This document shows, piece after piece, positions 1 to 8,559 of a stretch of 20,000 bases of DNA. How positions within the stretch are numbered: the stretch's first letter is position 1; the number at the start of each line of letters is the position of its first letter. The DNA is from Jimgerdemannia flammicorona (Eukaryota): contig RBNJ01000011.1 in NCBI GenBank assembly GCA_003990765.1, forward strand, positions 45,256 through 65,255, written 5' to 3'. A model generated the notes under the pieces. The model saw only the letters and a program-made list of their open reading frames with translations. It had not been told where the DNA came from and did not search any database. The translations under genes were made by a program, and so were the position numbers.

Positions 1-850
1 TGTGTACCTTGGGCAGAGCATGAAACACGGGTAGCTTACAATTGATGGGCTCCATGAGGTGTTCCCAAATCGGCATACAATTATGATTACCGATGCAGAA
101 CTCGAGTAGACCAAGAAGGTCTAGCCTCACTGATTCCTTAACGTTATCAATCGTAGAGGGATCATACACATACGCAGGATCGTGAAGGAGAGACCGAAGA
201 CCGTCGAGATATAGAGCGCACGGTATAACGGTGAACCCCAGATTTTTGTCAGTAAGACAGACAGTGAAGTCGTCATGAGTATGGATGCCTTTAAGAAGGC
301 GGCGGAACTTCTTCGGTACAAGCACGCCGGACACATTCGTCGTGGGTCGGACAGCTTGATTCAAAGCGGCACTCATATGGAGCATAATTTGCATATTTTC
401 CATACAATGCGGCGGTCACCATTTAGATGGCACCCAGGCAGAGATCTCCAGGACGTCGTCAGGATTACCCATAGAGGTCCAGAAGGTGGCAAGGTCGAGA
501 CGCCGTTGGAACGACGACAACGAAATCGGGTCGATGGTGCTGTTCATCGATGCCGACCCGGGGAGAACGAACTTAGGGCCAAAGTTCAGCATATACGTGA
601 GCTCGGGGGTAAGCCAAGGCAGAGGTATATTGGTAACAAAGCCCTCCTTGGTAAACATCCGAAACCGAGGGACGAAAAACTGACTTAAGCAAGAACCGGG
701 AAGAGAAGACACGAAGGCAAAATCTTCAATTGGTGTCGAGGCCGCTACCCCACGTGGAATGGGGACATCAGGGCCAAACCACACTGCCAGGAAGTCGTAT
801 AAGACTTCCGGGCTGGGGACCTCTAGTTTTTCGACGCTAGAGGGCAGGCA
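1..850 (-). pseudogene. 5' part of the PLE RT ORF in the inverted copy, with an in-frame TGA at 416-418; truncated by the window edge
   Basis: Mirror of 4325-5174. Encodes LNFGPKFVLP, FQRRLDL and LPVFHALPKVH. Confidence 0.8.
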
Positions 851-1983
851 TCACCGGCGTTATGCCAGATGACATGATGTTTAGCGGCAGTACACTTGTT
901 GCACTGCGGCACAAATGCCCTGGCGGTGCTCTTAGACGAGCGGCTCGAAGTCGACGAGCGGCTGGTCCCGGTAGAAGCAGAAGAAGCAGACGGGGAAGGC
1001 GAAGCCTTACGTGCTCGCTTGACCCCTTTTACAGAACCCTCGGTCACAGCCGGGGCTAGGGGGCAAGGACCTCGGTGGGCCTTTGTAGGCACACCAAGGC
1101 GTCCAGAACAGCTATGGCAGTTCGGCGCAACAGAAGCCGAGGTCACCTTCACCTCCTTCACCTTTCCCGCAGCCCCCGCAGGCGCGGCAGTAGAGGGTAG
1201 GGGGGTGGGGACACTCTTTTTCGGTCGGGCGGAACCGGCGGCAGCAGAAGCAAATGTGCGTTTGGCACCTGGAGTAACAATCTCGGGGCGCTTCCCAAGC
1301 TCCTCAACTGCGGCTTTGCGGGCGGCAGCGGAAATCCCATCTTGCAGGGAGGAGGACACAGAGGCTATCGGGCAGACAGCAGCGGCAGCGGCTTTGGCAG
1401 CGGCGGTGGCGGCGAGACGGTGAGACTGATGCACGACAACGTCAAAACCACGGAACAAGAACAAGTTTGTCTTAGCTCTGTCAGTGGCAGCAAGGGTAGC
1501 GATATTCTTGGCTACCCCAAGAGTGATATCGACCGATACACCAAAAAATTGATGGGCATTGGAAGAACCACCCATGGCCTTGTCGATTTTAGCATGCTGG
1601 TCCTTAGTATGCTGGGCGGCAGCTTCCTGATCAGAAATGGCAGCCTCGATCGCGGCAGTGGCACGGTGCTTAGCTTCTGCCAAAGCAGTAGTAAGGGCGG
1701 CATCATGCTGTTCCTCAGGTAGGAGGGCGATGGCAGCAGCTACCTTCTTGGAAGGAGTAAACCTCCAATCGGCAACTTGGGCCCATAGGAAATCGGCACA
1801 GCATTCTTTCGCGGCGGCGACCTCAAGGGCGGAGAGCACTCCGGTGCAAGCAGCACGGAAGTAGGTAGGGACCTCGGCAGACGTGGCAGCAACGTAGGCT
1901 GCAAGGTTGTCGAACTCTGCCAAATCGGCGAAGGAAGCTTTGGGGATGGCAGCATCGCCATCTATATTCATATTATCTATCAT
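823..1983 (-). CDS. PLE ORF1, 386 aa, intact: Ala-rich helical N-terminus, basic/Ser-rich linker, two CCHC-type Zn-binding motifs (gag-like nucleic-acid-binding protein)
   Basis: ATG lies 6 nt downstream of the pLTR end. Motifs CHSC-x10-H-x3-C and CNKC-x9-H-x5-C. Homologous copies at 3192-4352 and 17686-18844. Confidence 0.8.
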   Translation of the reverse strand: MIDNMNIDGDAAIPKASFADLAEFDNLAAYVAATSAEVPTYFRAACTGVLSALEVAAAKECCADFLWAQVADWRFTPSKKVAAAIALLPEEQHDAALTTALAEAKHRATAAIEAAISDQEAAAQHTKDQHAKIDKAMGGSSNAHQFFGVSVDITLGVAKNIATLAATDRAKTNLFLFRGFDVVVHQSHRLAATAAAKAAAAAVCPIASVSSSLQDGISAAARKAAVEELGKRPEIVTPGAKRTFASAAAGSARPKKSVPTPLPSTAAPAGAAGKVKEVKVTSASVAPNCHSCSGRLGVPTKAHRGPCPLAPAVTEGSVKGVKRARKASPSPSASSASTGTSRSSTSSRSSKSTARAFVPQCNKCTAAKHHVIWHNAGDACPLASKN

Positions 1984-2487
1984 GTTGTGTATTATAAAAC
2001 GAGTAGATAATAGCGGAAGAGGTTTGAGCGAGATGTGATACTGTTACGGTGGATATGAAGGTCAGCAGTAAAAGGTCAAACAGTTATGAAAAGCTTATGT
2101 GAATTTTCATGACGGAACAGAAAGTGGAATAAAGTGTTTTCCGAAGCAAGGTGCAATAGATCTGCAACCCGCCCACGGCACCGCAGTTTGCGATGGTCTT
2201 TATTCAATTTGAGAAACAAAGTTCGGATAAACAAAGACACGGATCTAACCCCGGAATTCCGGAATTGGACAGGTGCATAAGTACCCGAGCCTTGCCCCGA
2301 TCCAAACAAAGGTCTGAATCGGGCTTCGTTGATCTATACACGTGACGGGCCATTAAAAACCCGATATATAAACAATCGGAAAAAGGTACCGGTCACATGA
2401 TCTAATGTTACACAATCAGTAAACAATGCCAAAAACGGAACTAGACCAATGACGCAACACGTGTCGTCACGTGATTGTCACTTATAG

Positions 2488-3185
2488 GTTTAAAAACGCG
2501 AAAAATCGCCGGACAACCTCTGGCGCGAGGCTCTAGGCCTGACGCCTGCGTACCTACGCTCTGTGACACCTGTCTACCTCCACTCGCTTCGCTCGCTCTG
2601 GTGTCGAGGCTCTACTCCGCTCTGGTCATGAGGCTCTAGGCCTGACGCCTGCGCCTTCGGGTGCCGACGATTTTTAGGTTTTTAAACCTATAAGTGACAA
2701 TCACGTGACGACACGTGTTGCGTCATTGGTCTAGTTCCATTTTTGGCATTGTTTACTGATTGTGTAACATTAGATCACGTGACCGGTACCTTTTCCCGAT
2801 TGTTTCTATATCGGGTTTTTAATGGCCTGTCACGTGTGTAGATCGACGAAGCCCGATTCAGACCTTTGTTTGGATCGGGGCAAGGCTCGGGTACTTATGC
2901 ACCTGTCCGATTCCGGAATTCCGGGGTTAGATCCGTGTCTTTGTTTATCCGAACTTTGTTTCTCAAATTGAATAAAGACCATCGCAAACTGCGGTGCCGT
3001 GGGCGGGTTGCAGATCTATTGCACCTTGCTTCGGAAAACACTTTATTCCGCTTTCTGTTCTGTCGTGAAAATTCACATAAGCTTTTCATAACTGTTTGAC
3101 CTTTTACTGCCGACCTTCATATCCGCCGTAACAGTATCACATCTCGCTCAAACCTCTTCCGCTATTATCTACTCGTTTTATAATA
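2488..3185 (+). repeat. 5' pseudo-LTR (698 bp)
   Basis: Direct repeat of 6386-7083. Starts GTTTAAAAACGCG and ends TTTTATAATA; no TG..CA termini. Confidence 0.92.
2700..2836. promoter_or_regulatory. Cluster of four CACGTG (E-box/bHLH-type) motifs plus ATTGG in the pLTR; probable promoter
   Basis: CACGTG at 2702, 2712, 2776 and 2831, about 350-490 bp upstream of the ORF1 ATG. Repeated in the other two young pLTRs, each with one site mutated. Confidence 0.45.
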
Positions 3186-3191
3186 CACAAC

Positions 3192-4352
3192 ATGACAGAT
3201 AATATGAATATAGATGGCGATGCTGCCATCCCCAAAGCTTCCTTCGCCGATTTGGCGGAGTTCGACAACCTTGCAGCCTACATTGCTGCCGTGTCTGCTG
3301 AGGTCCCTACCTACTTCTGTGCTGCTTGCACCGGAGTGCTCTCCACCCTTGAGGTCGCCGCCGTGAAAGAACGCCATGCTGATTTCCTACGGGCCCAAGT
3401 TGCCGATTGGAGGTTTACTCCTTCCAAGAAGGTAGCTGCTGCCATCGCCCTCCTACCTGAGAAATAGCGTGATACCGCCCTTACTACTGCTTCGGCAGAA
3501 GCTAAGCGCCGCGCCACTGCCGTGATCGAGGCTGCCGTTTCTGATCAGGAAGCTGCCGCCCAGCATGCTAAGGACCAGTGTGCTAAAATCGACAAGGCCA
3601 TGGGTGGTTCTTCCGATGCCCATCAATTTTTTGGTGTATCGGTTGATATCACTCTTAGGGTAGCCAAGAATATCGCTACCCTTGCTGCCACCGACAGAGC
3701 TAAGACAAACTTGTTCTTGTTCCATGGTTTTGACATTGTCGTGCGTCAGTCTCGCCGTCTCGCTGCCGCCGCCGCTGCCAAAGCCACTGCTGCTGCCATC
3801 CGCCCGATAGCCCCTGCGTCCTCCTCCCTGCAAGATGGGATTTCCGCCGCCGCCCGCAAAGCCGTAGTTGAGGAGCTTGGGAAGCGCCCCGAGATTGTTA
3901 CTCCGGGTGCCAAACGCACATTTGCTTCTGCTGCCGCCGGTTCCGCCCGACCGAAAAAGAGTGTCCCCACCCCCCTACTCTCTACCGCCGCGCCTGCGGG
4001 GGCTGCGGGAAAGGTGAAGGAGGTGAAGGTGACCTTGGCTTCTGTTGTGCCGAACTGCCGTAGCTGTTCTGGACACCTTGGTGTGCCTACAAAGGCCCAC
4101 CGAGGTCCTTGCCCCCTAGCCCCAGCTGTGACTGAGGGTTCTGTAAAAGGGGTCAAGCGAGCACGTAAGGCTTCGCCTTCCCCGTCTGCTTCTTCTGCTT
4201 CTACCGGGACCAGCCGCTCGTCGACTTCGAGCCGCTCATCTAAGAGCGCCGCCAGGGCATTTGTGCCGCAGTGCAACAAGTGTACTGCCGCTAAACGTCA
4301 TGTCGTCTGGCATAACGCCGATGATGCCTGCCCTCTAGCGTCGAAAAACTAG
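3192..4352 (+). pseudogene. PLE ORF1 interrupted by a premature TAG at 3465-3467
   Basis: The 91-aa and 276-aa ORFs are in one frame and together match the 386-aa ORF of the inverted arm, where this codon is CAG. Confidence 0.88.
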
Positions 4353-6355
4353 AGGTCCCCAGCCCAGAAGTCTTATACGACTTCCTGGCAGCGTGGTTTG
4401 GCCCTGATGTCCCCATTCTACGTGGGGTAGCGGCCTCAACACCAATTGAGGATTTTGCCTTCGTGTCTTCTCTTCCCGGTTCTCGCTTAAGTCAGTTTTT
4501 CGTCCCTTGGTTTCGGATGTTTACCGAGGAGGGCTTTGTTACCGATATACCTCCGCCTTGGCTTACCCCCGAGCTCATGTATATGCTGAACTTTGGCCCT
4601 AAGTTTGTTCTCCCCGGGTCGGCATTGATGAACAGCACCATCGACCCGATTTCGTTGTCATCGTTCCAATGGCGTCTCGACCTTGCCACCTTCTGGACCT
4701 CTATGGGTAATCCTGACGACGTCCCGGAGATCTCTGCCTGGGTGCCATCTAAATGGTGACCGCCGCATTGTATGGAAAATATGCAAATTATGCTCCATAT
4801 GAGTACCGCTTTGAATCAAGCTGTCCGACCCACGACAAATGTGTCCGGTGCGCTTGTACCGAAGAAGTTCCGCCGCCTTCTTAAAGGCGTCCGTACTCAT
4901 GACGACTTCACTGTCTGTCTTACCGACAAAAATCTGGGGTTCGCCATTATACCGCGCGCTCTATATCTCGACGGTCTTCGGTCTCTCCTTCACGATCCTG
5001 CGTACGTGTATGATCCCTCTATGATTGATAACGTTAAGGAATCAGTGAGGCTAGACCTTCTTGGTCTACTCGAGTTCTGCATCGGCGATCATAATTGTAT
5101 GCCGATTTGGGAACACCTCATGGAGCCCATCGATTGTAAGCTACCCGTGTTTCATGCTCTGCCCAAGGTACACAAAGGAGCTCGCGTGGCATGGCACCCT
5201 ATCGTTGGTGCGTTTAACTCTCCTACGACCGAGATTTCGCGTTTCCTATCTCGCTTTCTCCATCTGTGGTCGGCCCATCTGCGCCATAATGTGGGTTACT
5301 CCCGTTATTCACCTTTACGTGATACGCTCGAACTGCTTCAATTGGTTCGATCGGATTACCTTGACATGTCAGATTGCTCATACGTTGCTACTGGAGATTT
5401 CGCCGCCTTCTACACCAGGATCACATTAGATGAGTGCATCGACTGCCTCACCTTTTTGTCGATGGTGGCCTTCCCCCCTGGCTCTTTGCCACTTGAAGCC
5501 GTTCTCGGCCTTATCCGCATAGTCATGACTCGTATGACGTTTACATCCGCCATCAGTTCCTTCCGCTCCGTGACTGGTATTGCTATGGGCACTAATTGTG
5601 CTCCGGATCTTGCCAATCTTGTTGGTTTCGCTCATGAGTTGCACGCCTCGCAAGCGCCCGATCATCTGCTTAGCCGAGCCGTCGCTGCCGGGCTAAAGTT
5701 CCGCCGGTATATTGATGATCTTATCATCTTTACGCCCGCGATTATGGACTTGGCCTTGATCTTTGCTGCCGTGTACCCTCTGCACCATCGTATCGAATGG
5801 GAAGTCTTGTCCGCCGGACCGTGCCATTACTTAGACCTGGAAATCCGAGTCACACCGTTCCGCACAGGCCACTTTGCCAAGTTCCCGCGTAGTACTCAGT
5901 TTGTCGACTGGTTGAGCAATCATCCTAGGAAGACACTCTGTCTATGCATTGTAAATGAGGCCCGCCACCTTTCGCTTCTCTGCTCTTCTCGCCGTGATTG
6001 GCTTGATGAGTGTCGGTCTTTGGCCGAGTTCCTGGTTCACAGGAAAGGATACCCTGTTGATGTTGTAACCGCTCAATTGAGTTTGGTTGATTGGCTTGAG
6101 GTCCGAACTTCACTTCTCACCCCTCCTCTTATTTCCCACCCCCCCATCCCCCACTCCGCTTTTCCTCCCCTGTTGCTTGTCGTCCAATATGACACGGCCC
6201 GATGGCTACATCAACAGCCCGACAAGACTCTACATACCGCTTTGCTTCGTTTTGGTTTCCCTGTGACTGCCTGACAACCGATCATCGCCCGAAAGAATGG
6301 TTTTACCATTCTTAATGCTGTCTCAAACACCAGCTTCGCTTTAAGTCCTCCTTGA
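4325..6355 (+). CDS. Penelope-like reverse transcriptase (ORF2); longest open part 4772-6274 (500 aa), in-frame TGAs at 4757 and 6272, no GIY-YIG domain
   Basis: PLE N-terminal motifs LNFGPKF and TDKNLG. Core motifs FHALPKVHK..WHPIV, GDFAAFYTRI, GIAMGTNCAPDLANL, RYIDD, YLDLEI and SNHP. A PLE-like C-terminal segment PIIARKNGFTILNAV lies after the 6272 TGA. The frame is open from 4325 and overlaps the ORF1 end in the -1 frame. Confidence 0.88.
4343..4389 (+). promoter_or_regulatory. Candidate -1 ribosomal frameshift signal (G_AAA_AAC before the ORF1 stop, plus a downstream hairpin)
   Basis: TCG AAA AAC TAG ends ORF1 inside the ORF1/ORF2 overlap. GAAGTC-ttatac-GACTTC stem at 4367-4384 (GGAAGTC/GACTTCC in the inverted arm), extendable by GCC/GGC. 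The old copy reads A_AAA_AAA TAG. Confidence 0.6.
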
Positions 6356-6385
6356 AGGCCGCACCGCTTGTACGTGCCGTGCGAT

Positions 6386-7083
6386 GTTTAAAAACGCGAA
6401 AAATTGCCGGACAACCTCCGGCGCGAGGCTCTAGGCCTGACACCTGCGTACCTACACTCCATGACGCCTGTCTACCTCCGCTCGCTTCGCTCGCTCCGGT
6501 GCCGAGGCTCTACTCCGCTCCAGTCGCGAGGCTCTAGGCCTGACGCCTGCGCCTTCGGATGCTGACGATTTTTAGGTTTTTAAACCTATAAGTGACAATC
6601 ATGTGACGACACGTGTTGCGTCATTGGTCTAGTTCCGTTTTTGGCATTGTTTACTGATTGTGTAACATTAGATCACGTGACCGGTACCTTTTCCCGATTG
6701 TTTCTATATCGGGTTTTTAATGGCCCGTCACGTGTGTAGATCGACGAAGCCCGATTCAGACCTTTGTTTGGATCGGGGCAAGGCTCGGGTACTTATGCAC
6801 CTGTCCGATTCCGGAATTCCGGGGTTAGATCCATGTCTTTGTTTATCCGAACTTTGTTTCTCAAATTGAATAAAGACCATCGCAAACTGCGGTGCCATGG
6901 GCGGGTTGCAGATCTATTGCACCTTGCTTCGGAAAATACTTTATTCCACTTTCTGTTCTGTCATGAAAATTCACATAAGCTTTTCATAACTGTTTGACCT
7001 TTTACTGCCGACCTTCATATCCGCCGTAACAGTATCACATCTCGCTCAAACCTCTTCCGCTATTATCTACTCGTTTTATAATA
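6386..7083 (+). repeat. 3' pseudo-LTR followed by an A11 tail
   Basis: Direct repeat of 2488-3185, with an A-run to 7093. Confidence 0.92.
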
Positions 7084-7093
7084 AAAAAAAAAA

Positions 7094-7144
7094 CAATGGT
7101 TGATTCGAATCAATCCAGATTAAATTGACTCATTAGGAGCACTA
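7094..7144. mobile_element. Terminal fragment of a hAT-like TIR element/MITE abutting the PLE tail
   Basis: Ends ...ACTCATTAGGAGCACTA, matching the termini of the 9588-10011 element (TAGTCCTCCAAAATGAGT / GGGAGCACTA). Confidence 0.6.
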
Positions 7145-7660
7145 TTATCAAGTTATCCAATATTCCCAGAGAGTCTGCCAATTCAGAAGAATCTATGTCA
7201 AACTAAGTTATCTACCAAAACTAAGTTATCTGAGTTATTAAATCAAATTTCCCACTAAATACAAAATACTACTAAGATCATTATACTGAAATCATATAAG
7301 GAAACTACCAAATTATCAGACTGATCTATATGAGGAACTCACTTATACTATATAAGAGATTATTATATAAAAATTATATACTTTTAGAAGATTATGTACT
7401 ACTACTTAAGAAAGAAACTACTAAATTAGTAAATCACTATATTATACTAAATCACCACTATATCTAAGAACTATTCCAATAAAGAAATTGACATACAAAT
7501 ATATAACTATATTCAGATTTAACTATTATACTACTAAATACTAAGTACCTTAAGAATTATAAAATATTTTATTGCTTTTTAACAAAATAACTAGAGGCTC
7601 AAGTCAAACTATATCAATTCTCAACTTTGTAATTTGTCTCTATTGAGCTAAGTATATTAT
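7145..7660 (+). repeat. 3' half of a decayed Gypsy LTR
   Basis: Homologous to ~13980-14441 (aagttatctacc repeats; taactagaggctcaag...aatttgtctc.attgagc.a.gtatatta). Confidence 0.8.
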
Positions 7661-8021
7661 TCTAGTGTCAAATATTATAGAGCTAGATATTATAATTTTT
7701 AAATATATAATATAAAGTTATTAATATTATTTTTATAAGCAAATTCTATAAGCTTATAATAATCAATAGCAAAATTTACATCTTTGCAAATTATATGATA
7801 TTGTATTCAAATAATGCAACATTATATAAAAGAATGCTAGAAGCTATATACAATCTTTAATATTACTTCAATATAGTCTTTTAATATAGTAAATACTGCT
7901 TATATTTAATTACTAGTATAAAAATTATTTTTCATATCTTAATAATGATTTCAGTCTTAATAATCTGTTTTTAGAAATTGAAACATCAACTAATGATAGT
8001 TTAACTGATAATATTATTCTA

Positions 8022-8120
8022 GAAGTCAATATACCTATTAATAATAATATTTCAGAAATCAATATACCAACTATCAATATAAGTATAGAAATCAATATAT
8101 TAACTATTGATAACAATACT
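8022..8120 (+). repeat. Degenerate 33-bp tandem repeat, 3 copies
   Basis: GAARTCAATATA at 8022, 8055 and 8088. Confidence 0.55.
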
Positions 8121-8559
8121 ATGAAAATTAATCAATAATATAAGTCTGAAATATATTATATCAAATAAAATATAAAACTAGAGATTGATATATCTAATAG
8201 TAATATATTTTTGACAAATCTCTATAATTGAAAATCTTTAACTCAATTAAATCAGTAGTATGGTATTCTTTATTTGTTTAGATTTATTATCTATAATATA
8301 TTGATAATAGTTTTAGAGAGTAGATTATTATAATATAAAGTCAAGAGATTATTTAAAGAAGATTTCTTACTATTCTTTAAATATTCACAATAATTAAATA
8401 AATATTCTCTTTGGTAATATAACTTTCTTCTCCTTATCTTTATTATAAATATTATTATCTATCTTTTCTTCTATTTTCTTTAGATATAGTGCTTAAATTA
8501 TCTTTATATTATATACTTATAAAAGGACTATAGAGAAGCTTAATGAGATAGTAGTATAT

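Larger units (their letters stand above)
1..2497 (-). mobile_element. Inverted (head-to-head) copy of the same PLE: partial pLTR, intact ORF1, 5' part of the RT ORF; continues beyond the window start
   Basis: Reverse complement of 2678-5174 (position x pairs with 5175-x; e.g. 1-14 tgtgtaccttgggc = rc of 5161-5174). Differences seen are scattered, mostly transitions. Confidence 0.95.
2488..7093 (+). mobile_element. Young Penelope-like retroelement without GIY-YIG endonuclease: 5' pLTR - ORF1 - RT ORF - 3' pLTR - oligo(A)
   Basis: PLE-type RT motifs in 4772-6274. Direct repeat 2488-3185 = 6386-7083 (offset 3898). An A11 run at 7083-7093 is followed by an abrupt switch to unrelated AT-rich DNA. 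Confidence 0.9.

Noticed and set aside
275-1864. Numerous ORFs antisense to or overlapping ORF1/ORF2 (and their mirrors at 3311-5665)
   Set aside because: Shadow ORFs of GC-rich coding sequence with no recognisable motifs.
2583-2598. GCTC repeats resembling a parvoviral (AAV) Rep-binding element in a hairpin end
   Set aside because: No HUH/Rep ORF is present in the window and the similarity is short and low-complexity. Kept only as part of the structured-module finding.
2866-3099. 77-aa ORF repeated three times (2076-2309, 2866-3099, 6764-6997)
   Set aside because: It starts at TTG, lies within the pLTR and has no GIY-YIG or other motif. Its recurrence only reflects the repeat.
4772-6274. 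Retron, group II intron or other bacterial RT system
   Set aside because: The motifs (LPKVHK, GIAMG, SNHP), pLTR architecture and Gypsy/MITE context indicate a eukaryotic Penelope-like element.
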